Counted from the stretch's first letter, positions 1 through 9,526 are shown. The stretch is 64,000 bases of DNA from Bordetella parapertussis (GCA_945897475.1 CAMDFL010000002.1:4368-68367); one strand, 5' to 3'. Notes: generated from the sequence alone by a model not told the origin. Numbers and translations: made by a program.

Positions 1-188
1 ACCGTGGTTTCTCTGGGGTCGCCCTCGTAGTAGACGATCGTATGGTCGCGGTCGTCGCCTCTGAGATAGGTGAACCCGCCTTCCTTGCGAACCAGTTCCA
101 GGCCGAGGATCTTGATGGCGTAATCGGTGGTTGCCGCGACATTTCGCGTGGCAAGCCTGACGAAACGGATATCCAGGAGATTGATCAT
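1..188 (-). CDS. VOC/glyoxalase-fold extradiol dioxygenase, N-terminal fragment (continues beyond left edge)
   Basis: Reverse-strand ATG at 188-186 opens MINLLDIRFVRLATRNVAATTDYAIKILGLELVRKEGGFTYLRGDDRDHTIVYYEG..., open to nt 1. It resembles the first module of type I extradiol dioxygenases and lies just downstream of the Rieske alpha/beta genes. It is absent from the ORF track because no stop lies in the window. Confidence 0.5.
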   Translation of the reverse strand, partial: MINLLDIRFVRLATRNVAATTDYAIKILGLELVRKEGGFTYLRGDDRDHTIVYYEGDPRETT

Positions 189-260
189 GGTTCGCTTCTC
201 TTAACTTGGAATCAGGATGGGTTTGATCGACCCGCCTTTTGCAATCGGCAATGCGGAAAA

Positions 261-797
261 TCAGACGTGAAAAAAATCCACAGGACCAACCAGCTTGTCA
301 TCGATCATGGTGATTCTTTTACGGGCGATCAAGAGTGAATCGCCGTCGCGCCGCAACCGGTATTCATACCAGCCGCCGCGCGTGAGTGGGCCGTGCAGCC
401 CGTAGGAATGCACCATCCAGCTTGCGCGCGCCACAATTTCGGCTTCATCAGATTGATCGACCATCACACCGCCCACGACGTGGGTGGTGCGCGCCATGGG
501 AACGGATGCAAACGAGTCTTCGCTCTCCAATCGAAACACCCTGTCCTCAAGGTGGGCGCGGCCCTTGAGATAGACCAGGTTCAACTCCAGCTCGGGGTCC
601 GAGGTGGTTTCGTATTCTCCGGTCCAACTGGGCATCCAGAACACTGCGTCCTCGGTGTATAAGGCCAGCCATTCGTGCCATTTTTTCTCATCGAGAAAGC
701 GCGCCTCGCGATAAATCAACTCCTCGACCAAGGCGCGTGTTTCGGCGCGGATGCGAACTTCAGCGCGTTCCGGCATTGCATTCACTAGCGTACTCAT
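261..797 (-). CDS. Rieske ring-hydroxylating dioxygenase, small (beta) subunit
   Basis: Track ORF 261-869 trimmed to Met25 (MSTLVNAMPER...). Its ATG overlaps the alpha-subunit stop as ATGA at 794-797. Beta-subunit/NTF2-like pattern REARFLDEKKWHEWLALYTEDAVFWMP. Confidence 0.85.
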   Translation of the reverse strand: MSTLVNAMPERAEVRIRAETRALVEELIYREARFLDEKKWHEWLALYTEDAVFWMPSWTGEYETTSDPELELNLVYLKGRAHLEDRVFRLESEDSFASVPMARTTHVVGGVMVDQSDEAEIVARASWMVHSYGLHGPLTRGGWYEYRLRRDGDSLLIARKRITMIDDKLVGPVDFFHV

Positions 798-2137
798 GCC
801 GCCGCTCCATCGAGAAGTCGCTGCATCCACGCGCGGTAAAAGCCCTGATACAAGGCCTCGTGGTCCCAATTGGGCGTCATCAGATCTGGAACAAGGCCGA
901 TGCCGGCGCCGTCGGTATCTGCGGCGCCGTGGCGAATCGCACCCATTCCGCGAGAAAAATCATTCCAGCGCACGGCACGCGCCTCGCTGCCCGAATGCAC
1001 GGCTTCCAGCGCCGCCAGATCGTCCGAGCTTGCCATTCCCGTGGTTAGGTAAAAATCCTCGAACTTGCGAAGTCGCGCTGCGCGCGACTCGGGCGCCTCG
1101 CCCACAGGCGCAATGCAGCGCACCGTCACCTCGCACACACCAGGCGCAATCGGCTGAATCGTTCGCACCTGAGAGGAAGGGTTGTCCATGATGAACACAT
1201 TGGGAAAGAGATACAAATTTCTTCCGCGATTGAGCATCCAGTCAACGCGCTCGCTTGAAAATTCTTTCTCCAGGCGTTCTTTTTGCCGCCATATGGGCCG
1301 CGCTTGCGGCTTGGTGTGCTGCGCCCAGACGCCCATGTGGCCGTTGCCAAAGTGGTAGCTGCCGGAATTCACATTGCCGGTCATGCGGCCAGCCTCGGTC
1401 TCCTGCAAGCCTTCGAGTTTGTTCTTTTTCTCGCGCGCGGCAACCGTGTTGGCGAACACCCGATGCACGGTGGAGACGTGATAACCATCCACGCCGTTTT
1501 CCGCCTGCAACTTCCAGTTGCCCAGCACGGTGTAGGTGGAGGCGCCGCGCACCACTTCCAGCCCCTGCGGCGATTGGTCGGCGAGCAGGTCAATCCAGAT
1601 TTTCGCGGGGCCGATCCACTCGGTGAGCGCCGGAACTTCCGCCCTCAGGCTGCCGAAAATGAAACCGCGATAAGACTCAAGCTTAGCAACCGACTTGAGT
1701 GAATAATTTTTCCGTACATCGTCCTCAAGATAAGCGCCGGTCTCCTCGTTCTTGATCTTGATGCACTGGCCATCGTGGTTGTAGGCCCAGCCGTGAAAGC
1801 GGCAGACCAAGGCATTGGCGCGGCCGCGCTCATAGGGCAGCAGCGTCGCGCCGCGATGCGCGCAGGCATTGATATGGCAGGCGATGCCGCCATCGCGTTT
1901 TCGCACCAGAAATACTGGCTGGCGGCCGATGCGCGTGGTGAAATAATCGCCGGGCTCCGGAATCTGGCTCTCATGCGCGAGATACACCCAGCCGCCTTCG
2001 AACAGCAGTTCCATTTCCGCGTTAAACAATTCCTGGTCGAGGTAGACCGACCGATCGACTCGGAACTGGCCGTCGCGGTCGTCAATGAAACTGGCAATGC
2101 GGTTCTTCATCAGCATGGCAACCCTTATTTGGCTCAC
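794..2137 (-). CDS. Rieske ring-hydroxylating dioxygenase, large (alpha) subunit, benzoate/anthranilate 1,2-dioxygenase-like
   Basis: Rieske motif CAHRGATL...CRFHGWAY. Catalytic-domain string NWKLQAENGVDGYHVSTVH is typical of BenA/AntA-type alpha subunits. Confidence 0.9.
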   Translation of the reverse strand: MSQIRVAMLMKNRIASFIDDRDGQFRVDRSVYLDQELFNAEMELLFEGGWVYLAHESQIPEPGDYFTTRIGRQPVFLVRKRDGGIACHINACAHRGATLLPYERGRANALVCRFHGWAYNHDGQCIKIKNEETGAYLEDDVRKNYSLKSVAKLESYRGFIFGSLRAEVPALTEWIGPAKIWIDLLADQSPQGLEVVRGASTYTVLGNWKLQAENGVDGYHVSTVHRVFANTVAAREKKNKLEGLQETEAGRMTGNVNSGSYHFGNGHMGVWAQHTKPQARPIWRQKERLEKEFSSERVDWMLNRGRNLYLFPNVFIMDNPSSQVRTIQPIAPGVCEVTVRCIAPVGEAPESRAARLRKFEDFYLTTGMASSDDLAALEAVHSGSEARAVRWNDFSRGMGAIRHGAADTDGAGIGLVPDLMTPNWDHEALYQGFYRAWMQRLLDGAAA

Positions 2138-2157
2138 GAAACTTTGAATTTGGTATT

Positions 2158-2808
2158 TTATGCTGTCGGCGAAATTGCATGGAGCGCCGCATTGAATCTC
2201 TGAATGAGATCGGCGTTCCTGCCCTTGGCAACGGCGAACGCAAGCGGCAGCGGCGCATAGGGCGTGCGCGGCAGGCCGATGAGACCGGGGTGGAGATCGT
2301 TGGCTATCTGGATACCTGCTTGAAAATTCAGGGCGGCAAGCTGCACTTGGCCGCCCAACAATGCCTCGAATGCGCTTTCGTAGGAGTCGACCAGCACCAG
2401 TTCTAGGCCGGGATAGTCGCGTGCGAACTGCGCGGCCAACGGGCCGCGTCGCGGTGTGGCTGCGCGAAGGCCGGGGAAGTCCCGTGGATCGTCAGATTCG
2501 CGCAGGCCATTGGCGCGGAACAGCGCGGCGCCCGAGATGGCGAGCGTCGTGGAAAAATCCATGGTAGATGCGCGTTCAGGGGTGATGCCCTTGAAGGCCA
2601 GGGCGTCAACGTCGCCGCCATACAAGGCAGGCTCGGTCTGATCGAGCGTCATCGGAACCCATTCAATGGCCAGTCCTGCCAAAGTCATTATTGATTCGAC
2701 CCGTTCGATCAAGCTGCCGCGCGGCGTTTCCCCATCGAGGAACGCGAAGGGCTGGAACGGGTGATCGAATCCAATTCTGTAGCAGTATTTCTCGACATCG
2801 TCTGTCAT
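2158..2808 (-). CDS. family-3 solute-binding-protein-like protein without signal peptide
   Basis: SBP family 3-like layout (GFDHPFQPFAFLD, DALAFKGITPER, LVDSYESAFEALLGGQVQLA). No hydrophobic N-terminus at any candidate start. Start set at Met44 (2808) because the 2937 start leaves only 14 nt to the divergent gene at 2952; start is uncertain. Confidence 0.6.
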   Translation of the reverse strand: MTDDVEKYCYRIGFDHPFQPFAFLDGETPRGSLIERVESIMTLAGLAIEWVPMTLDQTEPALYGGDVDALAFKGITPERASTMDFSTTLAISGAALFRANGLRESDDPRDFPGLRAATPRRGPLAAQFARDYPGLELVLVDSYESAFEALLGGQVQLAALNFQAGIQIANDLHPGLIGLPRTPYAPLPLAFAVAKGRNADLIQRFNAALHAISPTA

Positions 2809-2951
2809 CGGTGGCGCTTCTGCGAAGTTGGGTTCTGCTAGGATAGCAAGAGTTTCAAACGAAGTGCCCTCGAAAGGGTGGCGTACTAAACCACGCAGGT
2901 CATCGTCAAAGCCGCGCATCGCAGCGATCCGGCGCAAGGAAATTTTCCGTT

Positions 2952-4187
2952 ATGCAAAAAGAGCACGAAGACCTTCTCACCGGCGTCGGTCCCGGCAAGC
3001 CCATGACGCGCCTGTTTCGCGAGTACTGGCTGCCCGCGCTGCGCTCGGCTTCCCTGGTTTCCGACGGGGCGCCGCAAAGGGTGCGCATGTTCGGTGAGAA
3101 CTTCGTTGCGTTTCGCGCCTCCAACGGGAAGATAGGATTTCTCGACGAGGCCTGCCCGCATCGCGGCGCATCTTTGGCCCTGGCTCGAAACCAGGGCAAC
3201 GCATTGCATTGCATTTATCACGGCTGGCAATTCGATATCGAAGGCCGCGTATTGGAGGCGCCCTGCGAGGCTGCCAATCCCCGCAAAGCGGCATTTCTCG
3301 ATTCGATGCGTGCGAGACACTATCCGGTGGTTGATGCCGGTGGCATGGTGTGGGTGTATCTGGGTGCGCGCGCGCAGCCGCCGGCATTTCCGATGTTTGA
3401 ATTCAATAATCTGCCGCCTGGCCATGTTCACGTGCGCCGGGCAGTGCTCAACTACAACTGGCTGCAGGGGCTGGAAGCACATCTGGATGCGGCGCATCTG
3501 GCGGTGTTGCACAGCAGTAACCTGCGCGTGTTTGCGGGGCTGCTGGATGGCGACTCCGGCCTTGCGCTTGATAATGTGGCGCCTGAAATGGAAATGGAGA
3601 ACACCGGTTACGGCATGCATGAAGCCGCGATTCGCGACATGCCCGATGGCACGCGCTACGCGAGAATGCGCCATCTGATCCTGCCCTGCTTCACCATGGT
3701 GCCCACGGCGCCGACCAGCGCCTGTTCGGGTCGCGCGATCGTGCCGATCGACGAGGATCACACCGCGGAATGGTATTTTCTCTATCGACAGGATCGACCC
3801 ATCAACCAGGTGGAGATCGAGGCGCAATGGCACGGCGCATCCGCGGATGATGATAACTTTGCCGCCAATCTGGGTGGCGTTGAGACCCTTTGGCATCAGG
3901 ATCGCGATGCCATGAAGAATGGCCACTGGACCGGCCTCACACGCTGTATTCCCTTCGAGGATTTCACCGTCTCGACCTCCATGGGCGTTCGCGTGGATCG
4001 CACCCGTGAGCATCTGGGGCTCAGCGATATGGTGCTGGTGCATACACGCAAAGCCTTGCTCGATGCACTGGATGCATTTCAGAGAGGCTTGCCGCCACCC
4101 TGGCAATCGCAGGACATCGACTTTTCTTCCATCAGGGCGAGCACGCGCAGTTTGAAAACCGGTGAAGACTGGCGCCGCGCGGCGTGA
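2952..4187 (+). CDS. Rieske (2Fe-2S) oxygenase, alpha-only (phthalate-family-like) terminal oxygenase
   Basis: CPHRGASL...CIYHGWQF Rieske motif. Mononuclear-iron region NWLQGLEAHLDAAHLAVLH. No beta-subunit gene follows. Confidence 0.85.
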   Translation: MQKEHEDLLTGVGPGKPMTRLFREYWLPALRSASLVSDGAPQRVRMFGENFVAFRASNGKIGFLDEACPHRGASLALARNQGNALHCIYHGWQFDIEGRVLEAPCEAANPRKAAFLDSMRARHYPVVDAGGMVWVYLGARAQPPAFPMFEFNNLPPGHVHVRRAVLNYNWLQGLEAHLDAAHLAVLHSSNLRVFAGLLDGDSGLALDNVAPEMEMENTGYGMHEAAIRDMPDGTRYARMRHLILPCFTMVPTAPTSACSGRAIVPIDEDHTAEWYFLYRQDRPINQVEIEAQWHGASADDDNFAANLGGVETLWHQDRDAMKNGHWTGLTRCIPFEDFTVSTSMGVRVDRTREHLGLSDMVLVHTRKALLDALDAFQRGLPPPWQSQDIDFSSIRASTRSLKTGEDWRRAA

Positions 4188-4217
4188 TCGTCGCGGCAGC
4201 GACATTGGAGAGACGCA

Positions 4218-5195
4218 ATGAAGGATGAAAAATTGACGGCGACGCTGTTTGCCGCAGTCGTGGCGATTGCGATTGGCGCGACTGCCGTGTTTGCCCAGAG
4301 TTATCCGACCAAACCGATACGCTTGATCATTCCCTTCGCGCCTGGCGGTGGCCTCGACATCGCCGGACGCGCCATCTCGCCGAAATTGGGCGAGTACCTG
4401 GGCCAACCGGTGCTGGTGGAGAACCGCGCCGGCAATTCCAGCCACATTGGCGGCCAGATGGTGGCGCAGGCCGCGCCGGACGGCTACACCATTCTGATGA
4501 CCGCAGTGGGGACCTTGGCGACTTCGCCCCATTTGCAGAAGCTTGATTACGATCCCTTGACCGACTTGGCACCGATCGCGTTTGTCGGCTTGGCGGGCTT
4601 GGGCATCGCGGTGAACGTCGCTCTACCGGTGCAGAATCTGGTCGAACTGGTGCGTTATGCGAATCAGACGCCCAAGGGAATTTTCTACAGCGTTTCGGGG
4701 CTCGGCACGATGCCTCATCTGGCGGGCGAGTTGTTCAAAATTGCCGGCAAAGTAAGCTGGAATCATGTGGTCTACAAGGGCGCGGGGCCGGCCGCACTGG
4801 CGGTAGTCGCGGGAGAAGTGCCCGCCAGCCTGGTGGATCTCACGGCGCTGTCACCGCAGGCAAACGCCGGAAAAATTCGCATCCTGGGCGTCACCGGGTC
4901 GGTACGTTCGCTGGTTGCGCCGCAGGTCCCGACAGTTGCCGAAGCGGGGTTCCCCGGCTATGCGGCCGATGCCTGGACGGGAATTTTCGGCCCCGGCCCC
5001 CTGCCCGCGCCGCTGGTAGCGCGCCTGCATGCGGAAGTCAATCGCGTCATGGAAACACCCGAGATTAAAACGACATTCATGAAGACCGGCACCGAGCCGC
5101 GCAGCATCTCGAACGAGCAGTTTCGCAAGCTGGTTCTCGACGATAACCGCAAGTGGGGGCAGGTGATCCGCAGCGGTAATATCAAGGTTGAATAA
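4218..5195 (+). CDS. Bug/TctC-family tripartite tricarboxylate transporter substrate-binding protein
   Basis: Signal peptide ending AQ/SYPTKPIRLIIPFAPGG, then VENRAGNSS, PDGYT, and C-terminal RKWGQVIRSGNIKVE. This is the standard Bug family signature. Confidence 0.9.
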   Translation: MKDEKLTATLFAAVVAIAIGATAVFAQSYPTKPIRLIIPFAPGGGLDIAGRAISPKLGEYLGQPVLVENRAGNSSHIGGQMVAQAAPDGYTILMTAVGTLATSPHLQKLDYDPLTDLAPIAFVGLAGLGIAVNVALPVQNLVELVRYANQTPKGIFYSVSGLGTMPHLAGELFKIAGKVSWNHVVYKGAGPAALAVVAGEVPASLVDLTALSPQANAGKIRILGVTGSVRSLVAPQVPTVAEAGFPGYAADAWTGIFGPGPLPAPLVARLHAEVNRVMETPEIKTTFMKTGTEPRSISNEQFRKLVLDDNRKWGQVIRSGNIKVE

Positions 5196-5231
5196 TTATT
5201 TTTCTCAGGCAGCAAACAGAAAGGCAAGAAA

Positions 5232-6026
5232 ATGAGTGAAGCACAAAGCGAAGGCGAAGTCGTCACCTACGAACTGGAAGGCGAGGTTGCCCTCATCGGA
5301 CTGAACCGGCCCACTAAACGCAATGCCATGAGTCCGGATCTGACGAAGAAACTGCATGAGTACGCATTGCGCGCCGGAGAAGAAGCGAAATGCGCGGTTC
5401 TTTTCGGGCATGGCGAGAATTTCTGCGCCGGGCTCGATCTGTCATGGGCGGCCAAGCAATGGGCCGACGACAAAACCGCTCGCAATCCCTACTCGTCGCG
5501 GGTTGATCCGCGCGAAGTGATCGCGCGCGGTCAGATTCCGTTTGTTGCCGCTCTGCATGGCGCGACCCTGGGTGGTGGGCTGGAAACGGCGTGCGCAGCG
5601 CATGTGCGCGTCGGCGATGAAACCACATTTTTCGGCCTGCCCGAGGGCACGCGCGGTATTTACATCGGTGGCGGCGGTTCAGTGCGCATCGCCCGGATAC
5701 TGGGTTTTTCGTGCATGCAGGACATGATGCTCACAGGGCGTGTGCTCAAACCCGATGAAGGCGAGCGCCGCGGTCTTTTGCACTATCTGGTGCCCAAGGG
5801 CCAGGCGCTCGCCAAGGCGAAGGAACTCGCCTTGAGGATCTGCAAAAACGCACCGCTTTCGAACTTCGCCATCACCAACAGTCTGCCGCGTTTGCAAGAC
5901 ATGGGTTACGACGATGGCCTGTACTTTGAGCGGATGGTGGGTGAATACACCAGGAGCCCCGAGTCGATCGAGCGTTTGCGGCAGTTTCTGGACAAGACTG
6001 CGCCGCGATTGAAGATGCCTGACTGA
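5232..6026 (+). CDS. enoyl-CoA hydratase/isomerase (crotonase) family protein
   Basis: VALIGLNRPTKRNAM ... FCAGLDL ... GGGLE crotonase oxyanion-hole pattern. Confidence 0.85.
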   Translation: MSEAQSEGEVVTYELEGEVALIGLNRPTKRNAMSPDLTKKLHEYALRAGEEAKCAVLFGHGENFCAGLDLSWAAKQWADDKTARNPYSSRVDPREVIARGQIPFVAALHGATLGGGLETACAAHVRVGDETTFFGLPEGTRGIYIGGGGSVRIARILGFSCMQDMMLTGRVLKPDEGERRGLLHYLVPKGQALAKAKELALRICKNAPLSNFAITNSLPRLQDMGYDDGLYFERMVGEYTRSPESIERLRQFLDKTAPRLKMPD

Positions 6027-6075
6027 CCCCTTTGAGCCTACAGGCCGACGAGACGCGAACGGCGTGCCGGCCGCG

Positions 6076-6978
6076 CTAAGCCGCGGGGTCTTCAACCGAA
6101 TAAATGGCTGTCATGTCCAGATCCGCGTAACCCGCGTCGGCGGCGCGGCGGTAGGTATTGATCGCTGTGTCCAGCATCGATTTGTCGAATCCCTTCTCGG
6201 CGCAGATATCCGCGCCAAGCTGCAGGTCCTTCAACAGCCGGCTGACTTGAAACCCCGCCACCCGGTCGCCGCTCTCGAAGCGCTCCTCCCAATGCGTCAT
6301 CATCGGTCGGCCCGCCACCGAGTTGCGCATGACATCGATAAAGTTGGGAACATCCATGCCAAGGCCGCGGGCCGCGCTCGCGATCTCGCATACCGAAGCG
6401 ACGTAGGAGAGGTAAATGACCTGGTTGGCGATCTTGGTGAAGTTGCCGGTGCCGATGTCGCCCATGTGGTAAATGCGGTTGCCCAGGTGCCGCAACAACG
6501 GTTGCGCGCGCTCAAAGTCCGCGCGATTGCCGCCCACCATGATGGTGAGTTCGCCGGTTTCCGCGGGGCCGACGCCATTGCTGATGGGCGCGTCGATGTA
6601 GGCGAAGCCCAATTCGCGGCTGCGCCGCGCCAGATCGCGGCTTTGCGCCGGGCCGATCGTGCTCATCTCTATCAGAAGGCGCTTTTCCGTGCCGCCGGTA
6701 TTTGCGGTAGAGAGCACACCTTGCGGCCCGTCCATAATTTCTGCAACTTCCTCCGGACCTGGCAGGCAGCTCAGGACGATGCCGCTTTGATTGGCCACTT
6801 CGGCGGAGGTCGCGCAGGCGCGCGCGCCGCGCGCGACCAGTGGCGCCATCGCGGCCGGGTTGGCATCATGGATCGCTAGCGAATACCCTGTATTGATGAG
6901 CCGGGTGGCCATACGGTTGCCCATGCGGCCCAGGCCGATGAACCCGATGGTGATAAACCCAACTTGATTCGATTCCAT
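6076..6978 (-). CDS. NAD(P)-dependent oxidoreductase, 3-hydroxyisobutyrate dehydrogenase (HIBADH)-like
   Basis: N-terminal Rossmann motif IGFIGLGRMGNRMA and 6-phosphogluconate-dehydrogenase-like C-terminal domain. Confidence 0.85.
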   Translation of the reverse strand: MESNQVGFITIGFIGLGRMGNRMATRLINTGYSLAIHDANPAAMAPLVARGARACATSAEVANQSGIVLSCLPGPEEVAEIMDGPQGVLSTANTGGTEKRLLIEMSTIGPAQSRDLARRSRELGFAYIDAPISNGVGPAETGELTIMVGGNRADFERAQPLLRHLGNRIYHMGDIGTGNFTKIANQVIYLSYVASVCEIASAARGLGMDVPNFIDVMRNSVAGRPMMTHWEERFESGDRVAGFQVSRLLKDLQLGADICAEKGFDKSMLDTAINTYRRAADAGYADLDMTAIYSVEDPAA

Positions 6979-7050
6979 GGCTTGTCCATACTATGTGTGT
7001 TGCGATGTGGCGATTGTCGCCCATGAGCACGTGAGGCACAAAGCTTGTCA

Positions 7051-7251
7051 ATGAACAAATCCGCGATGAACGAAACCGCTTACCAAGACCGGCTCGGCGA
7101 TGCGCTGGAAAAATTGCTCGGCGAAGGCGCTGACGATCTTGAAGCGCTGGCCTCGGGGCTGAACCGTCTCGGCGTTGCGCCGCCCGCGGGTGCGAACTGG
7201 AGTGCAGGCATTCTCGAAGCAGAATTCACGCGTCTTGCCCCCTCTGTCTGA
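7051..7251 (+). CDS. small hypothetical protein, possibly recombinase-like helix-turn-helix domain protein
   Basis: 66-aa ORF (MNKSAMNETAYQDRLGDALEKLLGEGADDLEALASGLNRLGVAPPAGANWSAGILEAEFTRL) ending 20 nt before the next Rieske gene. The LNxxGxxxPxGxxW string recalls the DNA-binding tail of serine recombinases. Call made from memory of similarly named small proteins. Confidence 0.4.
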   Translation: MNKSAMNETAYQDRLGDALEKLLGEGADDLEALASGLNRLGVAPPAGANWSAGILEAEFTRLAPSV

Positions 7252-7271
7252 TAACCGGAAAGATTGCCGCC

Positions 7272-8333
7272 ATGAACGACAGGGCCTCTCATCTGATACC
7301 CGCATCGGCACGGATCCCCGAGAGCGCCGATGAAATGCTCGAAACCGGTTTGCTGAACCAGTGGTACCTGGTATGCCGTTCGAGCGATGTTGCCGCCGGA
7401 CCGCTGCATCTCAAGCGACTCAACCAGGACATTGCGCTGTGGCGCGATGCCGCGGGTGAGGTTCATGCGGTGGAGGATTTCTGCCCGCATCGCGGCGCTC
7501 GTCTGTCCAAAGGGCATGTCCTGCCCGAGGGGCTTGCATGCACGTACCATGGCCTGACGGTCAATGGTGATGGCGTGGTGCTTGCCGTGCCGCCGGTGCA
7601 TGCCTGCCCGATGGTCGGCCAGAAGGCGATAGCAGCCTATCCGGTGCGCGAGGCCGCAGGCGCGGTGTTTCTGTATTTTTCCAATGGCGCAAGCTTTGAT
7701 GTGCCTGAACTGCAATTGCCCGAAGAACTGGTTTCCGATGAGTGGTCCGGGTTTTTGCATGCCGCGGAGTGGAATTGCCACTACACGCTGCCGCTTGAGA
7801 ATCGACTCGATCCCATGCACGCGCCGTTTCTTCATGCGGTTTCATTTACGCTGGGCTATGGCGTCAAGCAAAGCGTTCTGCAATTGCACGAGACGCCCAC
7901 CGGATATGTGATCGAGCGCGACAATCAGCGGGGCGTCAACATCGACCGCACCGAGGTGACCTACAGGCCCGGCAGCAATTTCTGGATCTGGACCGATATT
8001 CCCTACCCCAAGCAAGCCGGCGGAAATTATTTCCGCATCATCAGCCACATCACACCGATCGACCGAGAGCACACTTACTTCTGGGTGTTCCGTAGTCAGA
8101 AGTCGTCTGGCTGGCGTCGCGACATGTGGCGCTTCCTGTATAAAAATCGGCTGGAGAAGCGCCACCTCGATGTACTCGACCAGGATAAGAACATCATGGA
8201 GGACATCCCCGCCAATGTGCGCGAACGCGAGACCCTGATCCAATCCGATATCGGTATCGCGAGAATGCGGCGCATGATGCTAAAGGAGGCTGAGGCGCAG
8301 ATTCGGAGCATGCGGGCAGGTGCGCGCAGTTAG
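7272..8333 (+). CDS. Rieske (2Fe-2S) oxygenase, alpha-only terminal oxygenase
   Basis: CPHRGARL...CTYHGLTV Rieske motif. Iron-site region ENRLDPMHAPFLH. Confidence 0.85.
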   Translation: MNDRASHLIPASARIPESADEMLETGLLNQWYLVCRSSDVAAGPLHLKRLNQDIALWRDAAGEVHAVEDFCPHRGARLSKGHVLPEGLACTYHGLTVNGDGVVLAVPPVHACPMVGQKAIAAYPVREAAGAVFLYFSNGASFDVPELQLPEELVSDEWSGFLHAAEWNCHYTLPLENRLDPMHAPFLHAVSFTLGYGVKQSVLQLHETPTGYVIERDNQRGVNIDRTEVTYRPGSNFWIWTDIPYPKQAGGNYFRIISHITPIDREHTYFWVFRSQKSSGWRRDMWRFLYKNRLEKRHLDVLDQDKNIMEDIPANVRERETLIQSDIGIARMRRMMLKEAEAQIRSMRAGARS

Positions 8334-8462
8334 CTGTGAAGTGCCCTCGCGGCGACCCAGATTGCAAACGGTGTGATGCCTCAAGATCAAGCACTGGCGC
8401 GCATCTTCAAGCGATTTAGTCGTTCGAATCCGATTTGGTTTGAGAATTCACAGGGAGTAACA

Positions 8463-9473
8463 ATGAGGAATTTGTCATTCAAGGTGCCGCAAAGCGCACG
8501 GCCATCCAGCGTCGTGCGACGTTTGGTCACAGCGCTGTTGTTGGGTGGATTGTCCGCTGGGGTTGGCGCGCAGCCATTCCCGAGCAAGCCCATTCGCATC
8601 GTGGTGCCCTTCCCGGCAGGCGGCACCGTCGATGTGCTCGGCCGCATGATCGGCGCGAAGATGACCGAGTCGGTGGGCCAGCCGGTGCTGGTGGATAACC
8701 GGCCCGGTGCGGGGGCGATCATTGGCGTGGATGCGGTGGCCAAGGCCGCGCCGGATGGGCATACCCTGCTGCTGATCCCCAACGCGCTGGCGATCATCCC
8801 GGCCCTTTATCGGAAGGCGCCGTTCGACGCCACAAAAGATTTCGCGGCGGTGACGCAGTTGGTGGCCACCGAACTGGTACTGGTTGCCAGCCTCAAGGTT
8901 GGCGCGAATTCCTTGAAAGATGTCATTGCCATGGCGAAAGCCAATCCCGGCAAACTCAATTTCGGATCTACCGGTGTGGCTAACCCGCTGCATCTCACCA
9001 TGGAGTTGCTCAAGACCGCGGCCGGCATTGCGATCGAGGCGATTCCCTACAAAGGCGATGCGCCGCTCAATACCGCCTTGATCGCCGGAGAAGTGGAATT
9101 CGCGGTGTTGCCATTGGCGGCAGGGCAGGGTCTTATTCGCGGCGGAAAATTGCGCGCCATCGCCATGACCAGCATCAAGCGGGCGAATTCCATGCCTGAC
9201 GTACCCACCGTCGCTGAGAGCGGTTTTCCAGGATTCGATGCCACCAGTTGGCAGGGCCTGTTTGTCCCCGCTGCAACGCCGCGCGACCTTGTCCAACGTC
9301 TCAACGCGGAAGCGGTCAAGGCATTGCGATCCGAGGACGTGCTGCAAAAAATCCCAGCACTGGGTCAGTTGCCTGTAGGCAGCACGCCCGAGCAGTTCGA
9401 GGCCCAGTTCCGCGCCGATATCACCAAGTTTGCGAAGGTCGTCAAAGACGCGCGCCTGCCGCCGCAGGATTGA
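8463..9473 (+). CDS. Bug/TctC-family substrate-binding protein
   Basis: Track ORF 8373 trimmed to MRNLSFKV (ATG 8463, preceded by GGGAG). Signal peptide, then FPSKPIRIVVPFPAGG, VDNRPGAGA, PDGHT. Confidence 0.9.
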   Translation: MRNLSFKVPQSARPSSVVRRLVTALLLGGLSAGVGAQPFPSKPIRIVVPFPAGGTVDVLGRMIGAKMTESVGQPVLVDNRPGAGAIIGVDAVAKAAPDGHTLLLIPNALAIIPALYRKAPFDATKDFAAVTQLVATELVLVASLKVGANSLKDVIAMAKANPGKLNFGSTGVANPLHLTMELLKTAAGIAIEAIPYKGDAPLNTALIAGEVEFAVLPLAAGQGLIRGGKLRAIAMTSIKRANSMPDVPTVAESGFPGFDATSWQGLFVPAATPRDLVQRLNAEAVKALRSEDVLQKIPALGQLPVGSTPEQFEAQFRADITKFAKVVKDARLPPQD

Positions 9474-9526
9474 GGTTTGGGTATTGCGATGATGGCAAAG
9501 AATGGCTCCTGTTGCCATTCTTCAGA

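Noticed and set aside
2886-4532. 548-aa reverse-strand ORF, the second-longest in the first 10 kb
   Set aside because: It lies antisense to a Rieske oxygenase and a Bug gene, both with clear family motifs. Its translation is Arg/His/Gly/Ala-rich with no recognisable motif. This is a typical high-GC shadow ORF.
8475-9518. 347-aa reverse-strand ORF
   Set aside because: Antisense to the Bug gene 8463-9473. Low-complexity R/G/H-rich translation.
9498-9522. 9-bp stem AAGAATGGC-N7-GCCATTCTT between convergent genes
   Set aside because: A short stem with no clear U-tract. Plausible terminator, but not strong enough to annotate.
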